Shown in pieces: positions 55,196 through 63,370 of a stretch of DNA of 64,000 nt. The notes below the pieces were generated by a model. The model made no database searches. It had not been told where the DNA came from and was given only the letters and a program-made list of their open reading frames with translations. Source of the DNA: Candidatus Komeilibacteria bacterium (GTDB lineage: Bacteria > Patescibacteriota > Patescibacteriia > UBA1558 > GWA2-36-10); the NCBI GenBank assembly GCA_018656065.1, contig JABHZY010000017.1:20873-84872 (forward strand). The letters are read 5' to 3'. Position 1 is the stretch's first letter. Each line of letters starts with the position of its first letter. Position numbers and translations under genes: made by a program.

Positions 55196-55393
55196 ATGAA
55201 CGGAACAATCAAAAAATTAACTGACAAAAATTTTGGATTTATTAGTCCAGAAGAAGGTGATAAAGATCTTTTCTTTCACGCCAATGAGTTAGTTGACACA
55301 AGTTTTGAAGAACTTAGAGAAGGTGATGCTGTTAGCTTTGAAGTATCTGATACTCCAAAAGGACCAGCCGCTACTCAAGTTAAAAGAGTTTAA
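55196..55393 (+). CDS. cspA: Cold-shock protein (CspA family)
   Basis: GTIKKLTDKNFGFISPE (RNP1-like), LFFHAN (RNP2-like), 65 aa. Confidence 0.93.
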   Translation: MNGTIKKLTDKNFGFISPEEGDKDLFFHANELVDTSFEELREGDAVSFEVSDTPKGPAATQVKRV

Positions 55394-55413
55394 TTCTCTT
55401 TCAAACTTATAAA

Positions 55414-55446
55414 TAAAAAAACCGCCCATTCGGGCGGTTTTTTTAT
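55414..55446. terminator. Bidirectional terminator
   Basis: AAAAAAACCGCCC ATTC GGGCGGTTTTTTT. Confidence 0.85.
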
Positions 55447-55462
55447 TATGGTTTATATTTGA

Positions 55463-56905
55463 CTATCGAGTGGCTCCAGAATAAGTAATAGCTTGCATAA
55501 TATTCCAGTCTTCAGTACTGTCCGGAGTAGAACCATAGATATATTTGAAAGTTTTAATACCTTCTCTTTCACTATCTAGATTTCTGTTCTCAGCTTTTTG
55601 TCTAAGGCCGTAAGTCATAACAGTTACAGCTGCATTATCATTTGGATTGTTCATATTAGCATCACGCAGATAGATTGTCTTAAATTCTTTTTTACCTCTA
55701 GCTTCAGCTACCTCATTGGTCTTTGATGGCCAGCGTCCATTAGCAATCTTAATTGCATCAGCTACCTCATCTTCTGTTTCAGGAAGTTTATTGAAAGCTG
55801 ATTTATAAGAATGAATTACAGCTGCTCTTTCACCTTCACCCAGCTTTTGTGTATTAGCATCTACACCATAGGTGATAAATTGATTTAGAGTATCTTTAAC
55901 ACCTTGGGTTAATTCATGCATGTCGGACATTAGAGATCGTAAGTATTTAATTTCATTCTCTTGCTCTCTAATTATACTTCTAAGTTCTTTGAGCTCAGCT
56001 AAAATATCGCCTAGTTCACTGTTCTTAAGTAATTTAGCTTTATTATGCATGTCCACTAAAGGATCTACATGCGGCTTTGGATCTACATTATCATGAGTCG
56101 GTCCATCATAATCAGATAATATTGCGTTGCCAGCTACTTTACCAGTACTGTATAGAGCTGTAATTGAAAAATAATATTTTTCAGTATTTTTAAAGTATGA
56201 TCCAAAATCACCATTACGATAAGCGCTAGAATTATTTATCAAGTAAGAAGTTGTGTCATCGTTGGTAATATATTTTAAATAGCCATCATTTGGATATTTT
56301 GGTTTGGAGTTAGATTTTGAGGCCACTACTTTATAACCATTAAATCTATCATCATCAATTTTTTCCCAAGACACCAATACTCCTTCTGATGAAGAAGAAA
56401 CACTTACCACAGGAACAGGAGGTGCTGTGTTAGATGTATCATCGTCTTCATCGTCATCGTCAGTATCATCGTCTTCATCATTGCTATTACCTGGGTAGCT
56501 AAGATGGATTACATTACCAGCTATTTTTTCACCACAGCCATAAACAGCTGTAATTGAAAAATAATAATCTTCACCTTCTTCCAGGTATGATCCAAAATCA
56601 CCATTTCTATATGAAGAAGAGTTGTCTACTTCTTGTGAAATGACACCGGCATTGGTTATCCATTTTAGATAACCATTAGATGGATAAACTGGAGTTTCAT
56701 CTTCTTTTGAGATGACCACCTTGTATCCATTTAAATCATCATGATCAATCTCTTGCCATGACAAAGTAATGCTATCGTTATTTTCTGTAGCGCTAACTAC
56801 AGGCGTTGGTAAAACATCATCACATTCATTTGGAGGATTTGTAGCTAAAGTAAGACTAGGCATAGCTAAAACTGCGATAATGAATGAAAATATAAGTTTT
56901 TTCAT
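55463..56905 (-). CDS. Secreted protein: two FN3-like repeats, poly-Asp linker, coiled coil and a C-terminal domain
   Basis: Signal peptide. An internal duplication has DNA runs 56156-56176 and 56546-56566 identical, 390 nt apart. Linker DEDDDTDDDDEDDD. Confidence 0.75.
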   Translation of the reverse strand: MKKLIFSFIIAVLAMPSLTLATNPPNECDDVLPTPVVSATENNDSITLSWQEIDHDDLNGYKVVISKEDETPVYPSNGYLKWITNAGVISQEVDNSSSYRNGDFGSYLEEGEDYYFSITAVYGCGEKIAGNVIHLSYPGNSNDEDDDTDDDDEDDDTSNTAPPVPVVSVSSSSEGVLVSWEKIDDDRFNGYKVVASKSNSKPKYPNDGYLKYITNDDTTSYLINNSSAYRNGDFGSYFKNTEKYYFSITALYSTGKVAGNAILSDYDGPTHDNVDPKPHVDPLVDMHNKAKLLKNSELGDILAELKELRSIIREQENEIKYLRSLMSDMHELTQGVKDTLNQFITYGVDANTQKLGEGERAAVIHSYKSAFNKLPETEDEVADAIKIANGRWPSKTNEVAEARGKKEFKTIYLRDANMNNPNDNAAVTVMTYGLRQKAENRNLDSEREGIKTFKYIYGSTPDSTEDWNIMQAITYSGATR

Positions 56906-57060
56906 AGGTTTTAATTAATTTATTAACTTATGTATAAGTATAGCAAATACAAAAAAAACCGCTAGTAGTGGTATTTTTATTGAGTAGTTTTGAAAATACA
57001 TTGTAATTATAGGAACAAAGTTATAAAATATAGATAGGTAGTATATAAATTAAAAATTCC

Positions 57061-58281
57061 ATGTTTAAAAAACTTTTATTAAGTTTAGCTTTTTTACTCG
57101 TTGCTTTTTCTGCCAGCGCCCAAACCAAACCGGAAATTTATTTTTTCTATTCTAATTCATGCCCTCATTGTCACAAAGAGGCCTTATTTTTAGATAAATT
57201 AGAAAATGACTATAGTTCTAAAATCAAGATAAATAGATTCGAAGTAGGCAAAACTCAAGCTAATGTTGATTTGATGTTAGGAATGGCGAGTAAGCTAGGA
57301 ACTGAGGTATCGGGGGTACCTTTTACAATAATAGGCGATAAATATTTTACTGGTTATTATAATGATCAAATAACTGGTTCACAAATAAAACAGGCTATTG
57401 ATGATTGGTTAAGTATAGCAGCTAATAGTGTTGTAATTCCTAATAAACCAATCGGACAACCTGAGCCAAATGGTTCCAATCCTGAGACTGATCCAATCGA
57501 TTTATTGGATTCTCCGCCAGTAGAAGAAACAGCCAATAATATTGAAGTGCCTTTTGTTGGTCAAATAGACGCTAAGACATTTTCTTTACCACTACTATCA
57601 GTTATTTTAGGATTTTTAGATGGTTTCAATCCGTGCGCTATGTGGGCATTGATATTTTTGATTTCACTTTTATTGGGCATGAAAGATAAAAAAAGAATGT
57701 GGATTTTGGGAGTGACTTTTATAGTTGTTTCTGCGTTTGTATATTTTTTATTTATGGCCGCTTGGCTTAATATATTTTTATTTATAGGTTTGGTTTTATG
57801 GGTGCGAATTGCTATTGGCCTTCTAGCTTTAGGTGGAGGAGGATATAATGTGAGAGAATTTTTCAAAAATAAAGCAGGTACTTGCAAGTTAGATGGTCAG
57901 GCTAAGAAGAAACAAGTTTTTGATAAATTAAAAAATATTACAGAACAAAAGAGTTTTTGGTTAGCTTTATTAGGAATTATACTTTTAGCTCTGGCAGTTA
58001 ATATGGTGGAATTGGTATGTTCAGCAGGGCTTCCAGCTGTCTATACTCAAGTCTTAGCACTTAATGATTTGAGTACTTGGCAATATTATAGCTATATTTT
58101 GCTTTATATTTTCTTTTTTATGTTAGATGATCTTCTGGTATTTTTTGTGGCCATGGTTACCATGCAGATTACAGGACTTAGTACTAAATATAGTAGATAT
58201 TCTTCTTTAATAGGAGGAATAATTATGATAATAATTGGTTTATTACTTTTATTTAGATATGATATTTTAACATTTGCTTAG
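57061..58281 (+). CDS. Thioredoxin-fold (CPHC) domain fused to a CcdA/DsbD-type membrane thiol-disulfide transporter
   Basis: Signal peptide and YSNSCPHCHKE. The membrane domain carries FLDGFNPCAMW and ELVCSAGLP. Confidence 0.75.
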   Translation: MFKKLLLSLAFLLVAFSASAQTKPEIYFFYSNSCPHCHKEALFLDKLENDYSSKIKINRFEVGKTQANVDLMLGMASKLGTEVSGVPFTIIGDKYFTGYYNDQITGSQIKQAIDDWLSIAANSVVIPNKPIGQPEPNGSNPETDPIDLLDSPPVEETANNIEVPFVGQIDAKTFSLPLLSVILGFLDGFNPCAMWALIFLISLLLGMKDKKRMWILGVTFIVVSAFVYFLFMAAWLNIFLFIGLVLWVRIAIGLLALGGGGYNVREFFKNKAGTCKLDGQAKKKQVFDKLKNITEQKSFWLALLGIILLALAVNMVELVCSAGLPAVYTQVLALNDLSTWQYYSYILLYIFFFMLDDLLVFFVAMVTMQITGLSTKYSRYSSLIGGIIMIIIGLLLLFRYDILTFA

Positions 58282-58285
58282 ATAT

Positions 58286-58317
58286 AAAAAACACCGCTTA
58301 GAGAGCGGTGTTTTTTA
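58286..58317. terminator. Bidirectional terminator
   Basis: AAAAAACACCGC TTAGAGA GCGGTGTTTTTT. Confidence 0.85.
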
Positions 58318-58323
58318 GTTCGT

Positions 58324-59733
58324 TTATTTTATATACTTTTTGTATTTAAGATAATCAGAGTTATTTTTCCAGGAGTGCCAGCTTATATCAGGATGGACAG
58401 TATGGCCGTCTAATTTAATATACATTATAATTGCCCCTGCAGGATAGTCTCCATAAATATAAGCGTTTACTAACATATGCCAAGTTTGAGGGCTGATATG
58501 TATATATTTTATTTTTTCATCTATAGCTTCTCTTAGTTTTTTCGCTTTAGTTTGTTCAGTAGCTAAATCTACACGAATTTGGCCATAGAAAAATTCTATT
58601 TTATTATTCCATTTACCTGGACCTAGAGGGTTATAACCATTTTTGACTTCTGTACCATCGCGATAACCATCGTTATCAGTATCTGGATCTCTTGGATCAG
58701 TACCGATGGCCATTTCTAAGGCATTGCTTAATTGGTCATGGTCACTATCTAGACTGGCAGCCGTTTCTTTAACGCCCAGTACTTCACCTTTAGTTACAAA
58801 ACTTAATCTTTTCATAGAAGTTTTCTTTCTATATACAGCTTCGGTTACATAAATATTATAATAGTAAGTAGTATTAGGTTTTAAATCTTCAATAGTAACT
58901 TCGTGATCAGTAGTTCGGTGTTTATTATTTATATAAACTTTCTTTTTTAGCTTGTTTGGAGTAGTACCATACTTGATATAAGATTTAGCTGCTAGATTAG
59001 TATTAAATTTTATAGTAATTTTATCACTAGCTATTAAATTTGTATTAGAATCTAAAGGTTCTACATTTCTAAGTTTAAGACTAGAATTTTTATCAAATTT
59101 TTCGTAGATATTAGCAGTAAAGGTTTTTCTTTTTTGGTTACCAGCCTTATCTTTAATTACTATTTTAATATAGTATTTTGAATGCTCGTCTAAATTATAG
59201 AGAATATATTCACGGTATGCTTTATAACTATTTAATTTTTTAACTTTAGCATTTTCACCATCTTTCCAATAGTGAATTTCAGTTTTTACCTTTTCACTGG
59301 CCTCCCAAGCTAAAGTTATGGTATTGCCAGCTATTTGAATAATTTCAGAGTCCAAAAATCTAGGGGCAATAGTGTCTATCATGCTATCTGTAGAAAAAGA
59401 TCTAGTATAGAGCTCTAACCTTTCGCCACCTCTAGAATACATGATTATTTTATAATAGTAGACAGTGTCTTCTTCTAGATTATATAAAGTAGCGCTATGG
59501 TTTCTTTTATAATTATCGTTTATTATTTTTTTATTTAGATTCTGAGCATCAGAACCATAGTAAAATATACTTTTTACATCTTCATTAGTACGCCATTTTA
59601 GAGTAGCTTGGCCATTTTTGATGTTTTCTGTGTGGATATTATAAGCAGAGATTTGGGCAGAGGCTTTAAATCCAAATCCAAAAGAATTAATCAAAAGTGT
59701 AGTTATTAGTAATATTTTTAGCCAATTTTTCAT
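58324..59733 (-). CDS. Secreted protein with three FN3-like modules and a thrombospondin-type-3-like Ca-binding motif
   Basis: Signal peptide. Three modules of about 95 aa each end in ..YYY(K/N)I... A DPRDPDTDNDGYRDGTEV motif is present. Confidence 0.75.
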   Translation of the reverse strand: MKNWLKILLITTLLINSFGFGFKASAQISAYNIHTENIKNGQATLKWRTNEDVKSIFYYGSDAQNLNKKIINDNYKRNHSATLYNLEEDTVYYYKIIMYSRGGERLELYTRSFSTDSMIDTIAPRFLDSEIIQIAGNTITLAWEASEKVKTEIHYWKDGENAKVKKLNSYKAYREYILYNLDEHSKYYIKIVIKDKAGNQKRKTFTANIYEKFDKNSSLKLRNVEPLDSNTNLIASDKITIKFNTNLAAKSYIKYGTTPNKLKKKVYINNKHRTTDHEVTIEDLKPNTTYYYNIYVTEAVYRKKTSMKRLSFVTKGEVLGVKETAASLDSDHDQLSNALEMAIGTDPRDPDTDNDGYRDGTEVKNGYNPLGPGKWNNKIEFFYGQIRVDLATEQTKAKKLREAIDEKIKYIHISPQTWHMLVNAYIYGDYPAGAIIMYIKLDGHTVHPDISWHSWKNNSDYLKYKKYIK

Positions 59734-59803
59734 AAATTTAGCTTATTTCTTTAGTTAATAGAGAATTATACCATATTTACTAAAAAATGTCAATATATTA
59801 ATA

Positions 59804-60445
59804 TTATAGCTTAAATTTTAGATAATGAATACTTCGGCCTGCTTTTAAATGTTTTTTTTCAAAATCAGTCTTTGTTTTTAGTATTTCTTTTAATTTTTTT
59901 TGTTTATATATATTTCTTATCTCCTCTATAATTTCACCTTTATTATTTTTAATAGTAATTATAGAATAATCAAATAAATTAAGATCATCAGTTTTAAGAT
60001 GTATTAATCCATTCGCTATTAATATATTTTTATAAATATTTAGAAATCTAGGAGAGCTTAATCTTTTTTTAATTTGTCTTTCCCGTGGAAATGGATCAGG
60101 GAAGGTAATCCAAATTTCAGAAATAGAATGTTTAGTAAAAAATTCTTCTAAACTTTCTATTTGCATTCTCAGGAAGAATAGATTATCTAATTTTTTATCT
60201 AAAGCTTGGCCAGCTCCATACCATATTCTTTCTCCTTGGATATCTACACCAATTATTTTTTTATTGGGGTATTTTTTCGCCAAAGCTAAAGAGTAGTCAC
60301 CTTTACCGCAGGCCAATTCTAAAATTATTTCTTGATTACCATCTAGAAAATCTTTTAGTTTATTTTTTGCATCAGCTTGATTGAATTGAGCTACATTTTT
60401 GAATGTAGCAAGTTCTGCAAAGCGTTGTAATTTCTGTCTGGACAT
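59804..60445 (-). CDS. trmB: tRNA (guanine46-N7)-methyltransferase
   Basis: ELACGKGDY (SAM motif) and FPDPFPRERQIKKRL (FPDPWxKxRHxKRR-like). Confidence 0.88.
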   Translation of the reverse strand: MSRQKLQRFAELATFKNVAQFNQADAKNKLKDFLDGNQEIILELACGKGDYSLALAKKYPNKKIIGVDIQGERIWYGAGQALDKKLDNLFFLRMQIESLEEFFTKHSISEIWITFPDPFPRERQIKKRLSSPRFLNIYKNILIANGLIHLKTDDLNLFDYSIITIKNNKGEIIEEIRNIYKQKKLKEILKTKTDFEKKHLKAGRSIHYLKFKL

Positions 60446-60483
60446 GTATTTATCTTATAGTGAGAGCTTACTACAGAATTGAA

Positions 60484-60523
60484 TAAAAAAGAAGAGGCAC
60501 TTCCCCGCATGGGGAAGTGCCTC
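60484..60523 (-). terminator. Rho-independent terminator of the GC-rich island operon
   Basis: A perfect 13-bp stem pairs GAGGCACTTCCCC (60494-60506) with GGGGAAGTGCCTC (60511-60523), loop GCAT. On the minus strand it is followed by TTCTTTTTTATTC. Confidence 0.85.
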
Positions 60524-60543
60524 GAGCTTTCCGGCGTCCTTGG

Positions 60544-60864
60544 TCAGGCTTGCCAGATGAAGCTCAGGTGAGTTTCGGCGCCAGCGTCCTTGAGGGTGCA
60601 CTGGCTGTGTGGTTGCATTACCACAGTGGTTCCCGTGGTCAGCATCTCCTCTTCGTCATCTTGGACGCACTTGATATGCCCCTGGTCGATGTGAATGACC
60701 AGGAGGTGTTCGTTGGTGTCGATTTCGTAGGGAGGTGAGTCGGGATCGACTTTTTCCTTGCGCAGGAAGGGTCGTTCCGGGATGTCCTTGGCGTGTGACT
60801 GGACGTTACCAGTCTCATCGATATCCAGGGCTACCACAGAACTTGGCGGCAGAATGATTAGCAT
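60544..60864 (-). CDS. Hypothetical 106-aa protein (GC-rich island gene 2)
   Basis: SD-like AAGGAA precedes the ATG, which lies 14 nt after the upstream stop. Codon usage is GC-rich. Acidic, no signal peptide, no motif recognised. Confidence 0.65.
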   Translation of the reverse strand: MLIILPPSSVVALDIDETGNVQSHAKDIPERPFLRKEKVDPDSPPYEIDTNEHLLVIHIDQGHIKCVQDDEEEMLTTGTTVVMQPHSQCTLKDAGAETHLSFIWQA

Positions 60865-60878
60865 CGATTTCCTTTCCG

Positions 60879-62132
60879 TTAGAACCGTTTGGTTGTTTTG
60901 ACGGTAATGCCGCCGTTGTTGTCGAAGCCTAGGCTGAAGCGCATGTCATGCTCAGCAACCTTGACTCTGGCGCCCAGCTTGATCTGCCAGTATTCTCGGC
61001 GAGGGTCACCTAGCTGGTGGGTTTGGTAGTCATAGATCAAGTCCGAATACTCGGCCCAGGTGAAACCCATATAGGGTCGGTTGAGCGATCCCCAGTTGTC
61101 CGGGTAGCTCAGGTAGGCACTGACGTCGTTGTGCATCAACTCGGTATCTTGACTAACGTCGATAGACAGCGAAGAAATTGCAACAACAAAGACGCCGAAA
61201 TCGACCGTTTCGTGAGCAGAGCCTAGTCCAGGATCACCCATGTAGCGCCCGCCGATAATTCGAGAGCGCTTGAACATGCCTAAGGCAAGGGCCTGATCAA
61301 TAACCAGGGTGACTGGAGATCCTAGGGCTTTGCCGCCTAAGGTGAAGATAGTCAGGGAATAGCGTGACTGGTCCTTGACTCGTAGGACCGCCACCAGACC
61401 AGGGTTGAACCCATTGGCTCGGTAATCGATGGAGTGAGATATTCCACCGAGCCAGGTGACTTTGCCATCGTCACTGGGGTTGATGTTGGCGCCGCCGATT
61501 AGGTGCCAGCGACCGATCAGGGCATAGCGCAGCGCACCGCCGAAGCGGTTGTGCTCCACCTGATTGACGTTGGGTCCGTGACCCTCCTCGAAGCTCTCTC
61601 GTGAGATTGCCAAGAGGACGTGGTACTCTCCCATCTTCAGATTACTCATCAGATAGTGGAAAGACCCATCAACATCGTACTCGCTACCGATCTCTACTTC
61701 GACATCTTCCCACTTGTAGTAGGGGTAGAAGCCGTGGGCGAAGAAAGGATCGTCGCCTAGGAAGCTCTGGTAGCTTGCTGCCAGCTTGATGCCGCCGGGA
61801 CTGTGTGGAGGGTATTTGAGACTCAGTGCGAATTCATGCTCTGGCAGAATCAGCCCTCGAGACTGGTCAACACCATCGTTGTTGTAGCTCATCAACTCAA
61901 AGCCGAAGAGCTGGGTCCAGGTGGTATCCGGTTTGCCGTGTCGGAGTTTGACCTTGCCCTGGTCAACGTAGAAGTTCAGCCCTCGGTGGCTGATGTTGCC
62001 GATGTCCTCGTTTCCGAGGAGACGAGGGACAGTGCCGATTTCCAGGTCAGCCTTGTGCTTGAAGGGGTCTCCCGATGCCATATTCGGCAGCAAGAGGCTG
62101 GTGATCAGTAGTGCAGCGATCAGGTTTCTCAT
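60879..62132 (-). CDS. Signal-peptide protein with outer-membrane beta-barrel-like features (GC-rich island gene 1)
   Basis: Start ATG 62132 is preceded by GGAGGA. Signal peptide MRNLIAALLITSLLLPNMASG. Many alternating-polarity strands (RYSLTIFTLGG, VDFGVFVVAISSLSIDVS), and C-terminal ...GGITVKTTKRF with a terminal Phe. Confidence 0.7.
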   Translation of the reverse strand: MRNLIAALLITSLLLPNMASGDPFKHKADLEIGTVPRLLGNEDIGNISHRGLNFYVDQGKVKLRHGKPDTTWTQLFGFELMSYNNDGVDQSRGLILPEHEFALSLKYPPHSPGGIKLAASYQSFLGDDPFFAHGFYPYYKWEDVEVEIGSEYDVDGSFHYLMSNLKMGEYHVLLAISRESFEEGHGPNVNQVEHNRFGGALRYALIGRWHLIGGANINPSDDGKVTWLGGISHSIDYRANGFNPGLVAVLRVKDQSRYSLTIFTLGGKALGSPVTLVIDQALALGMFKRSRIIGGRYMGDPGLGSAHETVDFGVFVVAISSLSIDVSQDTELMHNDVSAYLSYPDNWGSLNRPYMGFTWAEYSDLIYDYQTHQLGDPRREYWQIKLGARVKVAEHDMRFSLGFDNNGGITVKTTKRF

Positions 62133-62294
62133 GGTGGATTCCTCCATGGTTACATGTGACGGGAATGACGAAATTGTGTCAAAGCTAGTTGTCAAAGGTG
62201 CAGAACTGATATACTTTAGCATAAATTGTCTACAAGTCAATGTTTATAGCTTAATTATTGACAATAGTATATTTTTAGCTAAAATAAGTAAATC

Positions 62295-62303
62295 TGTTAT
62301 AAT
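62295..62303 (+). promoter_or_regulatory. Extended -10 element (TGTTATAAT) 6 nt before the tsaD ATG, a leaderless-type layout
   Basis: TGTTATAAT at 62295-62303, ATG at 62310, with no SD in the gap. An alternative TTGACA (62258) / TAAAAT (62280) pair also exists. Confidence 0.45.
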
Positions 62304-62309
62304 ATATAT

Positions 62310-63362
62310 ATGAAGATATTAGCCATAGAATCATCTTGTGACGAAACAGCCATTGCTATTTTAGAAGGAAATGGTAATTCTTTAAAATTGAAGAAAGATG
62401 CTGTATATTCTCAGATTGATATTCATAAAAAATATGGTGGAGTAGTGCCCGAAGTAGCTGCTCGTAAACATGTTGAGACTGTCATTCCATTGATAGATAG
62501 CACCTTAGGTAAAAATAAACTTAAGGGAGTAGATTATGTGGCTGTGACCAGTGGTCCAGGCCTGGTGACATCTTTGATATTAGGTATGGCTACGGCCAAG
62601 ACTTTAGCTTTTGCCAATAAGCTACCCTTGGTCGCAGTAAATCATATGGAAGGACATGTTTATTCTAATTGGTTGTCTAATAAAGAGCTGGTCAAAGATA
62701 GTCAGAAATATTTTCCAGCTTTAATTTTGGTAGTTTCTGGCGGTCATACAGAATTAGTATTAATGAAGGGCCATAATCAATATCAATTATTAGGACAGAC
62801 ATTAGACGATGCTGTAGGCGAGGCTTATGATAAAGTTGCTAAGTTACTTGAGCTTGGTTATCCGGGTGGTCCAATTGTTAGTCAATTAGCTGAACAAGGC
62901 GATGAAGAGGCTTATGATTTTCCTCGGCCAATGATGGATAAGCCAAATTATGATTTTTCTTTTTCAGGATTGAAAACGGCCGTACTTTATACATTAGAAA
63001 AAAAGAAAAAAATTAATAAACAAGACATCAACAATATTTGTGCTTCTTTTCAAACAGCAGCTACTGAAGTATTAGTTAAAAAGACAATTAAGGCTGCTCA
63101 AGAATATAATGTAAAATCTATTATGGTTGCGGGTGGCGTATCAGCCAATAAAAATCTTAAAGTTGTTTTAGCTAAACAAACTAAGGAAATAGGCTTGCCA
63201 TTTTTTTATCCAGACCTTAAATATACAGGAGATAATGCAGCTATGATTGCTACTGCAGCCTACTATAATATTTTAAGTAAACAAGATAATATACTAAAAG
63301 GTCAGGATATATTTGATCTAGAACCAAAGTCTAATTGGCAATTAAGCAAAAATAAAATATAA
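62310..63362 (+). CDS. tsaD: tRNA N6-adenosine threonylcarbamoyltransferase
   Basis: MKILAIESSCDETAIAIL, NHMEGHV and GGVSAN. Confidence 0.95.
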   Translation: MKILAIESSCDETAIAILEGNGNSLKLKKDAVYSQIDIHKKYGGVVPEVAARKHVETVIPLIDSTLGKNKLKGVDYVAVTSGPGLVTSLILGMATAKTLAFANKLPLVAVNHMEGHVYSNWLSNKELVKDSQKYFPALILVVSGGHTELVLMKGHNQYQLLGQTLDDAVGEAYDKVAKLLELGYPGGPIVSQLAEQGDEEAYDFPRPMMDKPNYDFSFSGLKTAVLYTLEKKKKINKQDINNICASFQTAATEVLVKKTIKAAQEYNVKSIMVAGGVSANKNLKVVLAKQTKEIGLPFFYPDLKYTGDNAAMIATAAYYNILSKQDNILKGQDIFDLEPKSNWQLSKNKI

Positions 63363-63370
63363 TTATAATA

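Noticed and set aside
62133-62240. The 36-codon N-terminal extension of the island's large ORF (MTCRQFMLKY...), as given by the ORF track.
   Set aside because: The internal ATG at 62132 is preceded by GGAGGA and starts a textbook signal peptide. The extension has neither feature and crosses into AT-rich sequence.
60446-62260. The island as an IS element, transposon or integrated prophage remnant.
   Set aside because: I could find no transposase, integrase or recombinase ORF, no terminal inverted repeats and no flanking direct repeats by eye. It is kept as an unexplained island rather than called a mobile element.
60517-62313. Plus-strand ORFs in the ORF track inside the GC-rich island (60517-60738, 61017-61226, 61601-61789, 61803-62111, 61993-62313).
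   Set aside because: They are antisense shadows of the two long minus-strand genes, which is typical of GC-rich DNA. They lack SD sites and have Arg/Ser/Gly-rich nonsense composition. The last one runs across the compositional boundary into the tsaD promoter.
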